From assembly GCA_051252135.1 (NCBI GenBank), contig JBPOGH010000001.1, positions 32,001 through 96,000 of the forward strand: a stretch of 64,000 bases of DNA. The letters run 5' to 3'. This document shows positions 50,486 through 59,362 of this stretch, one piece after another. The DNA comes from Verrucomicrobiaceae bacterium. Lineage in GTDB: Bacteria > Verrucomicrobiota > Verrucomicrobiia > Verrucomicrobiales > Akkermansiaceae. The notes under the pieces were generated by a model. It had not been told where the DNA came from. It did no database searches and saw only the letters and a program-made list of their open reading frames with translations. How positions within the stretch are numbered: position 1 is the first letter of the stretch; the number at the start of each line of letters is the position of its first letter. Both the position numbers and the translations under genes were made by a program.

Positions 50486-52831
50486 CTATTCTGCACCGAC
50501 ACGGATTGGCAAGGACATGCTGGGGAATTCTTTCAGGGCGAAACTGAACATGATTCCGTATTCGTTATCGATGCGATTTTCCCGTTGGAAGAGTCCGACC
50601 GAGCCAACCCAGGAGTCGAAATCGTAGTAGATATTGTATTGCTGGAGTTCGAGCGTGCTGTCCTCGACCTCCCAGCGGTGGCGGGTGCCGATGCCCCAGT
50701 ATTCGTTGAGGCGGGCGTAGAACTCGAGTTCCATGCGGTTGGAGTCCCGCAGAATGGGGTGATCTTTTAACAAGCGGTGGCGGACCGAGACCTCAAGGCG
50801 ATCGTTCGGCATGACGGTGGCGGTGGTGGCGACCTCGGTAAAGTTCGAGCGGTTGAAGAGGGGGACCTGGGTGTCGAGCTCGAGGGCGAACCAAGGGAGG
50901 GGGTGCCAGCGGATTTCGTTGTAGAGGTTTGAGAAGTCGCGATTGAACTCTGGGTCCTGGAAGAAGGTGTTGAAGTAGGTGTCGACGGTGAGCCAATCGT
51001 GATTCCCTTCATTTCGATGGGTCATGATGCGGTTGCGCATGCCGAGGCGCATAATGGACCAATTGGCGAGGTCATCGATGGCGGTGAAGCGTCCGACGCC
51101 GAGCAATTGGGGGCGGGTGGTGGCGGTGAGGCGGTCGATGCGATCGAAGGAGGGGTCGAGCTCGTTGGTGGAGAGGACCGAGAGGGTGGCGTAGGGCTCG
51201 AGGACGTGGAGGGCTCCATCGAGGCCCCAATCCTCGTCGATCCAATCGGGGTAAGCTTTGGTGAGCTTGGTTGAGAAGTCGACACCGGCGAAGAGGTGGC
51301 TGCGGTCGGTTGAGTTACCGGGCCCTTCGACCGAGCCGTAGCTGGTATATCCGCCGCCGACCTTGGGAGTGATGGTCAGGTGTCCGATTTTGGAGGGGCG
51401 TGACCACTCGTGGTAGGAGTGGAAGCGGGCAAATCCGCGGTCGTCGAGGAGATTGGCAATTCTAGCGCGGTCCGGGTGGAGCAAGGGGAGGAGTGCGGCT
51501 TGGGCGGCGAGGGTATCGCGGTCAAAATCAGCGAGGTATTCGCGGTATAGCCCAAGAGAGGTTTGGCTTTCGTAAAGGACGTTTGAGTCAAGGAAGGGTT
51601 GCTTGATCCAATCGTAGGAGAACTCAAAGCGGGTATCGGATTGGTAGTATGAATTGGGGCGGACGCGGGAATTGAGGAGGGCGTAGCTGCTTCCGGTGCG
51701 GCGGGAGATACCCAAGGTGTTATCCGGGGCGGGGTTGATGTTGTAGAGGCTGGGGTCGAGGTCCTCGAGGTAGTAGGCGTCGCTGAGCCAGGTGAGATTT
51801 GCGTGGGCCGCATAAGTGGAGAAGGGAGTCTTGAGCAGGGTGAGGCGGTGGGCGAGCTCGGCGCGGAAACGGTCTTCATTGACGAAGGGGCGGGGAACCC
51901 CCGAACGACTCAAGGAGGGGTCGAGATCGTTCATGTAGTAGAATTTTAGCCAGCCAAAATCATCCTGTGGGTCGACTCTGGTATCGAAGAGGCTGACGCC
52001 GAGTCCGAGGCCGCGGCGTGAGTAGATATCGGCGTGCCAGTGGGAGAGGAGCCATGCGGATTCGTTGGCACCGGTGACGGGGTCGACCTCGCCGCCGAGC
52101 ATGACGCCGTAGCGGTTTTGAAGGAAGAGACCGAGGTTGGAGCGGCCACCAGGAAGGAAGTGGTAGCCGAGCTCGGCATTGAGAGGCTGGGAAAGGTAGG
52201 GGAGCCAGAAGAGGGTGCGATCACCGGCTTTGAGTTTGAGGTTTTTAAAGACAACGCGATCGCCTGGGAAGATGGTGGTTTTATCGGCGCGAAGCCACCA
52301 ATCGGGATTTTCGGCGTCGTGGGTGGTGATGCCGGCGTTTTCGCCGATGAACGCGACGCCATCGCGGTGAGGGACGGAGCGGAACTGGCCTGCTTCGAGA
52401 AGGAGGGGCTCCATGCCGGCGCGGAGTTTTTGGGTGTCGATCTTGCGCGTCTTGTGGTGGTAGACGGCGGATTCGCCACGGTAGACGAGGCCGCCCTGAT
52501 AGATGCTGACGTTTCCGCTGAGGTAGGCGGTTTGTTCTTCGACATCGAGGGTGATGCGGTTGGCGTAGGCCTGCATGCCGTTGTCGCCCTTGATCGAGAC
52601 ATCCCCAAGGAAGCGGACGGTGATCTTATCGTTGATGTAGTCGATCTCGGTCCGGGTGTTGGGTCCGGTTTCGATGAACTGAGGGAGGGAGGAAAAGGGA
52701 TCGGCTGATTCGATGGATTCTTCCGGTGGAGTGACGGAGCCGGGGAGAGGGAGGAGGGCTCCACGTGGGGAGTTATCCTGAGCTGAGAGGGAGAGGGTCA
52801 GCAGGAGGGGGAAGAGCAGAAGTCCGCGCAT
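50486..52831 (-). CDS. lptD: LPS-assembly protein LptD-like outer membrane protein
   Basis: Signal peptide, OstA-like N-terminus (LSGNVSIYQG, ITTHD..PDWWLRA, FWLPY), C-terminal amphipathic beta strands. Confidence 0.75.
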   Translation of the reverse strand: MRGLLLFPLLLTLSLSAQDNSPRGALLPLPGSVTPPEESIESADPFSSLPQFIETGPNTRTEIDYINDKITVRFLGDVSIKGDNGMQAYANRITLDVEEQTAYLSGNVSIYQGGLVYRGESAVYHHKTRKIDTQKLRAGMEPLLLEAGQFRSVPHRDGVAFIGENAGITTHDAENPDWWLRADKTTIFPGDRVVFKNLKLKAGDRTLFWLPYLSQPLNAELGYHFLPGGRSNLGLFLQNRYGVMLGGEVDPVTGANESAWLLSHWHADIYSRRGLGLGVSLFDTRVDPQDDFGWLKFYYMNDLDPSLSRSGVPRPFVNEDRFRAELAHRLTLLKTPFSTYAAHANLTWLSDAYYLEDLDPSLYNINPAPDNTLGISRRTGSSYALLNSRVRPNSYYQSDTRFEFSYDWIKQPFLDSNVLYESQTSLGLYREYLADFDRDTLAAQAALLPLLHPDRARIANLLDDRGFARFHSYHEWSRPSKIGHLTITPKVGGGYTSYGSVEGPGNSTDRSHLFAGVDFSTKLTKAYPDWIDEDWGLDGALHVLEPYATLSVLSTNELDPSFDRIDRLTATTRPQLLGVGRFTAIDDLANWSIMRLGMRNRIMTHRNEGNHDWLTVDTYFNTFFQDPEFNRDFSNLYNEIRWHPLPWFALELDTQVPLFNRSNFTEVATTATVMPNDRLEVSVRHRLLKDHPILRDSNRMELEFYARLNEYWGIGTRHRWEVEDSTLELQQYNIYYDFDSWVGSVGLFQRENRIDNEYGIMFSFALKEFPSMSLPIRVGAE

Positions 52832-52932
52832 AGAACAGAGAGAAAGCTAATGGCGGGTAAAAATGGTGTCGATAGCATTTCCTCTGACTCCCACTGGCAA
52901 AGTAACGGGGATGGTTTACCCTTCTGAAAGAT

Positions 52933-53802
52933 ATGGCAAAAACGATTGGGATCATTGGAGCTTCGGGCTGGTTGGGACGACACCTTGTGCCTGTTCTTTT
53001 GGAGAAGGGAATGGAGGTGGTGGGGTATTCGCGGTCGGCGAGGGAGGACGATGAGGTCCGCTGGCGGCGGTGGGATGGAAGGGGTGAGATTAATCTGAGT
53101 GAGGTGGATGTGGTGGTGAATTTGGCGGGGGAGTCGATTGATCAGCGGTGGACGGAGGAGCGGAAGAGGTTGTTTTACGAGAGCCGGGTGAGCTTGACGC
53201 AGAATCTGGTGAAGGCGATGGAGGAGCAGGGGTGCGGGCATTTGGTGAATGCGTCGGCTGTGGGATACTACGGGGATCGCGGGAATGAGTTGCTGCCGGA
53301 GAGTGAGCCGGCGGCGGAGAATTATTTGGCGCGGCTTTGTGAGGAATGGGAAGAGGCTGCGGCAGGGCCTGAGAAAGTGTGCCTTTTGAGGACGGGAGTG
53401 GTGCTGGGGAAGGGCGGAGGCGCGTGGGAGAAGATGTCGAAAATCTTTGGCCTCGGTGTGGGTGGGAAGCTGGGCTCAGGAGCGCAGTGGTTTCCTTGGA
53501 TTCATCTGGCGGATGAGATTGGCTCGATTGTCTTCTGTATCGAGAACGGGATTGAAGGGCCGGTGAATTTGGTGGCGCCAGAGAGTGTGACGAACGGGGA
53601 GTTCACCAAGGTGGTGGGACGCGTGATGAAGCGTCCGACCTTTTTTGCGGCTCCGGCGTTTGCGCTGAAGCTGGCTTTGGGTGACTTTGCGGAGGAGGGG
53701 CTGCTGGCGAGCCAGCGGGTGGTTCCGCAGGTGCTGGTCGATGGGGGGTATGAGTTCCGGTATCGCGATATTGAGTCGGCGGTGCGGGAGTTGTGTGACT
53801 AG
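52933..53802 (+). CDS. TIGR01777 family NAD-dependent epimerase/oxidoreductase
   Basis: GASGWLG, VVNLAGESI, ASAVGYYG, LGSGAQWFPWIH, GPVNLVAP. Confidence 0.92.
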   Translation: MAKTIGIIGASGWLGRHLVPVLLEKGMEVVGYSRSAREDDEVRWRRWDGRGEINLSEVDVVVNLAGESIDQRWTEERKRLFYESRVSLTQNLVKAMEEQGCGHLVNASAVGYYGDRGNELLPESEPAAENYLARLCEEWEEAAAGPEKVCLLRTGVVLGKGGGAWEKMSKIFGLGVGGKLGSGAQWFPWIHLADEIGSIVFCIENGIEGPVNLVAPESVTNGEFTKVVGRVMKRPTFFAAPAFALKLALGDFAEEGLLASQRVVPQVLVDGGYEFRYRDIESAVRELCD

Positions 53803-54899
53803 ACTCCGTGTTTTTCGTGCCACTCTTTGTAGACGACGGGGGAGATTTCCGAGGGTTTGATTTCGGAACGGCCGCCCCAGAAGACGTTGGTGTAGGAGAC
53901 GGGGATGCCGATGGATTCGAGGTGTTTGTCGATGGCGGCTTTGTGCTCGAGGACTTTGGGTTTTTCGGTGCCGTGGACGACTCCCATGATGTTGACGTTT
54001 CCGAATTGGGGGCCGCCTTCGCGCCAGTAGGCGTGGGTCATGCAGTGGTGACGACCGACCTCGCCGCCGGCTTCCTGTTCACGTCCTTTGGGGACGGCCC
54101 AGTGGAAGAGTCCGTTGAAGCGGGTGACGCGGGTGCCGGTCTCGGATGGTTTAACGTGCTCGAGGAAGGTGGAGAAGCGGCCGATGACTTTTTTCTCGTC
54201 GAGTTGCTTGGCGACCTCGCAGAACCGTTTGAGGGAGACTCCGGCTTTTTCGGCGCGGGCGTCCCAGCAGTTTTGGACGATTTCGTGGGGCTCGAGTTCT
54301 TCCTTGAGGGCGAGGAGGACGGTCCATTCCTCGTCGTCGAGCTCGACAACGGTGGTGGTCATCATTTCCGCCGGGGCGTCGATTTTAGCGCCGGGCTCGA
54401 GGCCTTTACGGCGGACGTGGCCGACTCCGAGGGCGAAGACGCCATTGGCGGGCATGAGGATGAATTCGTCCGCGCCGACGATGCGCTTGAGGACGTTGCC
54501 GTGCTCTTCGAGGGATTCGCCTTGGGGGACCTTGAGGGTGGTCCAGAGGCGGTAACCGGAGCCGGAGATTTGGCCATCGGTGGAGCGGATGACGACGTGG
54601 CCGGAGAAGGGATCTTCTTTGGCCATGAAGTCGAAGGCGTCGTTGAGTTTTTCCTCGGGGAGTTTCCAGGCGACGAGGGCGCCGTGGGCGAGCTTGGTGG
54701 AGAGGAGGGTTTGGCGGACACGGCGGATGACTCCAGCTTCGACCATGGCGCTGATGCGCTTGAGGACGGTTTCGAGCGGGACGCCGGATTCTTGGGCGAT
54801 GATGGAGAAGGGATCGTTTTGGAATCCGGAAACCAGGTCCTCGGAGACGCTGAGGATCTGGGCGTTGATGGGGTCGTCGTGTTCGGTGGGAATGCTCAT
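53799..54899 (-). CDS. Tandem Lrp/AsnC-fold protein, siroheme decarboxylase (AhbA/AhbB, NirDL) like
   Basis: Two HTH+RAM halves (GVIRRV..ALVAWKL..HVVIR; VIGRF..LFHWAVP..THAYWR..NIMGVVHG). Confidence 0.7.
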   Translation of the reverse strand: MSIPTEHDDPINAQILSVSEDLVSGFQNDPFSIIAQESGVPLETVLKRISAMVEAGVIRRVRQTLLSTKLAHGALVAWKLPEEKLNDAFDFMAKEDPFSGHVVIRSTDGQISGSGYRLWTTLKVPQGESLEEHGNVLKRIVGADEFILMPANGVFALGVGHVRRKGLEPGAKIDAPAEMMTTTVVELDDEEWTVLLALKEELEPHEIVQNCWDARAEKAGVSLKRFCEVAKQLDEKKVIGRFSTFLEHVKPSETGTRVTRFNGLFHWAVPKGREQEAGGEVGRHHCMTHAYWREGGPQFGNVNIMGVVHGTEKPKVLEHKAAIDKHLESIGIPVSYTNVFWGGRSEIKPSEISPVVYKEWHEKHGV

Positions 54900-56224
54900 G
54901 AAATTGGTGGTAGTGCTCTTACGAAGGCGAGGGCTTGGTCTTTGTCAGAAAGTCGGCCTTCCAGTTGTTCGGTTTGGACGGCGCGGAGGATTTCGCCGAT
55001 TTGGGGGCCGGGGGGAAGTCCAATCTCATCCATGAGCTCACGTCCGTTGAGGAGGGGCTTGGGGATGAGGGGTTGATTGGCGAATTCTTCCTTTTTGAGG
55101 AGGAGGAAGTCGTAGTTGTCGCGGAAGCCATTGCTGCTGTCGCAATCGACCCGGTGGAGTTCGATCTCGAGGGGGAAGGTGTCGGCCGACATGAAGCGCT
55201 TGAGCTTGGCGACGCGCATGTCCTGGACGTGCATGAAGCGCATGTGGCGCGAGACCATGAAGGCGACCTCGTCGATTACTTTATTGGAGTAGCGGAGGCG
55301 CTTGAGGATGACCTCAGCCATTTCGGCTCCGACTTTATCGTGGCCGTTGAAGCGGTGGCGTTCCTGTTCCTCGTCCCAGGTTTGGGTGGCGGGCTTTCCG
55401 ATGTCGTGGAGGAGGACGGCGAGGCAGAGATTGAGCGGGGCTTCGTTGAGGAGAGAGAGGGCGATGCGGGTGTGGACGTAGACGTCGCCCTCGGGATGCC
55501 ACTGAGGAGGTTGTTCACAGCCGATGAGGTCGAGGAGTTCGGGGAAGAAGACCTTGGCCATGCCGGTATCGACGAGGAGGTCGAGTCCGCGGGCGCGGTC
55601 CTTGGCGTGGATGATGCGGGAGAACTCGTCGCGGATGCGCTCGGGGGAAATTTTCTCGAGGAGGTGGGCGTTCTCGCTGAGGGCGGCGAGGGTGATTTCT
55701 TCGATCTCGACTCCGGTCTCGGTGGCGAAGCGGACGGCGCGGAGGAGGCGGAGGGCGTCCTCCTGGAAGCGGTCGCGGGGGACGCCGATGGCGCGGAGGA
55801 TGCCGGCTTCGAGGTCAGCGCGGCCGCCGACGAAGTCGATGATCTCACCGGTGAAGGGGTCTTCGAAGAGGCCGTTCATGGTGAAGTCCCGGCGTTGGGC
55901 GTCTTCCTCGGGGGTGGAGAAGACGACGGAGTCGGGGTGGCGGCCGTCCTGATAGACGCCATCGGACCGGAAAGTGGCGACCTCGATGGCGTTGCGATTT
56001 TCTTTTACGAGGATGACGCCGAAGTGCTCGCCGACGGCATCGCTTCGGGGGAAGAGGGCCTGGACTTCCTTTGGGGTGGCGGAAGTGGCGAGATCGTAAT
56101 CCTTGGGAACGCGTCCGAGCAGGCGGTCACGCACCGCGCCTCCTGCGTAGAAGACGGTGTGTCCGGCATCGCGCAGCACGGTGGCAGTGCGGAGGGCGAG
56201 ATCGGCTTGAGGGTGATCGCTCAC
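54896..56224 (-). CDS. cca: CCA tRNA nucleotidyltransferase with HD domain
   Basis: GGAVRD.LLG..PKDYDLAT, DAQRRDFTMNGL, EDALRLLRAVRF, HPEGDVYVHT, LLHDIGK. Confidence 0.9.
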   Translation of the reverse strand: MSDHPQADLALRTATVLRDAGHTVFYAGGAVRDRLLGRVPKDYDLATSATPKEVQALFPRSDAVGEHFGVILVKENRNAIEVATFRSDGVYQDGRHPDSVVFSTPEEDAQRRDFTMNGLFEDPFTGEIIDFVGGRADLEAGILRAIGVPRDRFQEDALRLLRAVRFATETGVEIEEITLAALSENAHLLEKISPERIRDEFSRIIHAKDRARGLDLLVDTGMAKVFFPELLDLIGCEQPPQWHPEGDVYVHTRIALSLLNEAPLNLCLAVLLHDIGKPATQTWDEEQERHRFNGHDKVGAEMAEVILKRLRYSNKVIDEVAFMVSRHMRFMHVQDMRVAKLKRFMSADTFPLEIELHRVDCDSSNGFRDNYDFLLLKKEEFANQPLIPKPLLNGRELMDEIGLPPGPQIGEILRAVQTEQLEGRLSDKDQALAFVRALPPIS

Positions 56225-56320
56225 GGGGGGAGGCTAACTTTGATTGGTAAAAGGTGAAGAGGGAATTGTGAGGGGAATATTGGAGGTCGATTTTTCCGGG
56301 GTGGCGGGTAGGTTTTCGGG

Positions 56321-57436
56321 GTGCTTCAGGTATGGCAAAACGAGGTGATGGGACTTGGGATTCTTCTCATGGGGCTGTGTGTGGGGTCGTTCTTGAATGT
56401 GGCGATCTATCGGCTGCCGCGGGGGCTTTCGGTGAATGAGCCGAAACGGTCGTTTTGTCCGCATTGCAAGACCCAGCTGCCGGCGTGGCAGAATATTCCG
56501 GTGATCACGTGGCTGATTCAGCGGGGGAAGTGCAAGAGCTGCGGGGCACCGATCGCGGTGCGGTATCTGTTGGTGGAGGTGCTGACGGGGGCGCTGTTTT
56601 TTGCGTGCTGGACGGTGTTTCCGATGGGTGGGGCGATTTTGGCGATCGTGATGCTGACGATTTTGGTGACGGTGTCGTTTATCGACGCGGAGCATCAGGT
56701 GATTCCGATTACGTGGACGGGTGCGGGGTCGGTGATTGCGGTGGTGGGAGCATTCTTTTCGAGTGATCTTTTGAGTTTTCTGGGGACCCAGTGGAGTCGT
56801 TATTTACCCGGAGGGATGGATGCGGCGGTGCTGGGCTGGGTGGCGGGATTTGGGACGCTTTGGTTGGTGGTGCTTCTGGGGAAGATGGCCTTTGGGCGGA
56901 AGAAGCATGTTTTTGACAAGCCGCTGCCGTGGAGCGTGGTGGAAGGGCATGGGGATGATCCGCAGATTCATTTCATGCTGGAGGAGGATCCGCACTCGTG
57001 GGACGAGTTGTTTTTTCGGGACTCAGATGAGCTGATTGTGACGGGGCATTCGTTCAAGGTGGACGGGCAGCGGGTGGCGGGGAAGGAGCTGATTCTGCAT
57101 CGTGATTTCTTCACCGTGGGGAGTGAGCGATGGGAGATGGAGGCATTGAAATCGCTGGAAGGGAAAGCGGAGCAAGTGGTGATTCCGCGTGAGGCGATGG
57201 GGAACGGCGATCCGCACTTGTTGGGAATGATTGGGGCGTTTTTGGGGTGGCAGGCGGTGCTCTTTACGATCTTTGCGAGTTCGATTTACGCGATTGTGGC
57301 GGCGATTGTGGCGCGAGTGGGTTTTGGGAAACCGCTGCCGTATGGACCGTTCTTGGCCTTAGGTGCGGTGACTTGGTTGTTTGGCGGGTGGAAATGGTGG
57401 GTGGTTTATTTTGAGGCGTTGCGGGTGGGCCTGTGA
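56321..57436 (+). CDS. pilD: Prepilin peptidase (A24A)
   Basis: GSFLNVAIYRLP, CPHC..CKSC, IDAEHQVIP, MGNGD, PYGPFLA. Confidence 0.88.
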   Translation: MLQVWQNEVMGLGILLMGLCVGSFLNVAIYRLPRGLSVNEPKRSFCPHCKTQLPAWQNIPVITWLIQRGKCKSCGAPIAVRYLLVEVLTGALFFACWTVFPMGGAILAIVMLTILVTVSFIDAEHQVIPITWTGAGSVIAVVGAFFSSDLLSFLGTQWSRYLPGGMDAAVLGWVAGFGTLWLVVLLGKMAFGRKKHVFDKPLPWSVVEGHGDDPQIHFMLEEDPHSWDELFFRDSDELIVTGHSFKVDGQRVAGKELILHRDFFTVGSERWEMEALKSLEGKAEQVVIPREAMGNGDPHLLGMIGAFLGWQAVLFTIFASSIYAIVAAIVARVGFGKPLPYGPFLALGAVTWLFGGWKWWVVYFEALRVGL

Positions 57437-57594
57437 TGTGGAGTGGCTGGGAGCGACGAGCTAGCGAGCAACGAGCGGGTGAGCTTTTTTAGGAGCTTGG
57501 GGGATGGGCCTGGAAGGAGGGAGGAGAGAAGATTTTCAAAAGGGGGACAAAAACAATTGCAATGAGCGGGGCGGGGTGATTTCTTCGCGGCGCT

Positions 57595-57681
57595 GCGCGC
57601 GTGGCGGAATTGGTAGACGCGCATGATTCAGGTTCATGTGTCCGCAAGGACGTGGAGGTTCGATTCCTCTCGCGCGCACCA
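57595..57681 (+). tRNA. tRNA-Leu(CAG)
   Basis: Acceptor stem GCGCGCG/CGCGCGC-A-CCA, D-loop GGAATTGGTAGAC, anticodon arm CATGA-TTCAGGT-TCATG, long variable arm, GGTTCGATTCC. Confidence 0.97.
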
Positions 57682-57754
57682 TTTCTCACTTTGGACAGGA
57701 GTTTGAGATATCGAATCGCAATTGGGTGATTCGTGAGGTAGAAATAAGGGAATC

Positions 57755-59179
57755 GTGAACTCTCGGAATTCCATCTCAGCCATTATTGGCGCACTCATGG
57801 TGTTGTTGGCTCTCTGGGGTTTGTTTGAGAGGAGTGGCTGGCTTGAGGGCGCTGATGGGAAGGATGAGGAAGCAGCAGAGGCGAAGAGAGTTTCAGATCG
57901 ATCGGCGTTTGATGAATTGGATGCCGATGTAAGCAATTCGGAGGCTCAACGGTTGCTCTCGGAGTTGGACGAGGCGGCGGAGCGTTGGTGGGAGGAGAAC
58001 AGGGAGCTGTTTGATTACTCTGGAGATACGGAGATAAATTTTAAGTTGGGATTCAAGCACTCGAAGGATTGGAGTGATGCTCAGGTTGAGGCGGTAGCGA
58101 AGTATGTCTTGTCCTCGGATGATGTTGGTGATGGGTCGGGATTAATGAAGGGAGTGTTTGCGCAGTGGGGGAGTCGAGATTTTGAAAGTGCTCTCGAGAA
58201 TCTGCTTGGAATTCATACTTTCCACGATGTTGGGATTCAGGATGATCCGTTTGCTGAACCCGATGGTCCACCGAGAGACTTGACCGTTCATCCCTATCGG
58301 CCACTTGGAGATATGGCTTATGTGGGGATTTTCAGAGGCGAGAAAAGTTCGAAAAAAGCTTGGGAGGTTTTTAAGAAGCACGCTGAGGAATTCGGCGGCT
58401 ACGGGCAGTTTGCTCGTGTCGACTATGAAATTATTGGCGATGTTTTTGGGCGATTTGTTCAAGATTATCCGAGGCTGGCTCTGGAAGAATTTTTTGAGGT
58501 CGGAAACGACGATCGGCAAGATTTAATGGCATCTCAAGTGGTGAAGGAAGATGGGGGGCAGTATGATTGGGCTGAGATTTTGAAACGTTATTCGAGTGGT
58601 TCAAATGCCAAGAATACAACAAGTGTTTCAGCGACTCATAACCTATTGATGGGGAGATGGCTTCAAGAAGATGTGGCAGCTGCAGAACGTTGGTGGGTTG
58701 AGGAGGCTCCGCTTGCTTATTCCAGATATTCGAAATCCTTGGAGAAGGCAGAATCCAAGGGACTCGACCTGCGCTTCGAGACGGATGTTGTTCCTTTGGG
58801 GGTTCCAGCTGCGAATTGGTATTTGTCTGATCCAAGGGGAGCGGTGAATTGGGCGAAGGGGAAAGCTCGCTTGGGTGACGAGTCCAATGTCGGCCATTTC
58901 GTAAGCTCGATACTCCGGCTACAGCTACGGTCTCAGCACAGTGAGAGTGATCTCCCGTTGGTGTTGAGTGAACTCGTTGGTGCGTTTCCTGAAAAGGATC
59001 AACGGGGTAAGGTTTTAGAAAGTTTCAATCGGTCGAATAACTTTCACCCCTCTCGCTATTTTCACAGAGACCATGAATCGTCTTCTCGAGCCATCGAAAT
59101 GTTCGAATCTATGGATCTTCCGGAGGAAAGCAGAGAGTTGCTTTTGGGGCGAGTTCGGAGGCGTTTGGAGAGGGAATAA
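57755..59179 (+). CDS. Hypothetical membrane-anchored helical protein
   Basis: 474-aa ORF, N-terminal TM, W...D...A..W helical motifs; AT-richer than neighbours. Confidence 0.75.
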   Translation: MNSRNSISAIIGALMVLLALWGLFERSGWLEGADGKDEEAAEAKRVSDRSAFDELDADVSNSEAQRLLSELDEAAERWWEENRELFDYSGDTEINFKLGFKHSKDWSDAQVEAVAKYVLSSDDVGDGSGLMKGVFAQWGSRDFESALENLLGIHTFHDVGIQDDPFAEPDGPPRDLTVHPYRPLGDMAYVGIFRGEKSSKKAWEVFKKHAEEFGGYGQFARVDYEIIGDVFGRFVQDYPRLALEEFFEVGNDDRQDLMASQVVKEDGGQYDWAEILKRYSSGSNAKNTTSVSATHNLLMGRWLQEDVAAAERWWVEEAPLAYSRYSKSLEKAESKGLDLRFETDVVPLGVPAANWYLSDPRGAVNWAKGKARLGDESNVGHFVSSILRLQLRSQHSESDLPLVLSELVGAFPEKDQRGKVLESFNRSNNFHPSRYFHRDHESSSRAIEMFESMDLPEESRELLLGRVRRRLERE

Positions 59180-59362
59180 AGGAGGTGGAAAGCTGGGGAG
59201 TGAAGGAGTTTGAGATTGACGGTAAAAACTGGAACCAAGGATTGAGGTGGGAAAGGGTGACTTATTCACAATGGGGAGAGCTGAGGAACATTCGTCTTGC
59301 TCCGGTGGGGCTGGTGGCTTAGCCCTCGGGCGGGTCGTTTCATGGCCCAATACATCACGATT

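Noticed and set aside
59180..59362. Possible ZTP (pfl) riboswitch upstream of purH
   Set aside because: The conserved GACUGGCG and CGCCUGGG elements were not found; only a short hairpin is present.
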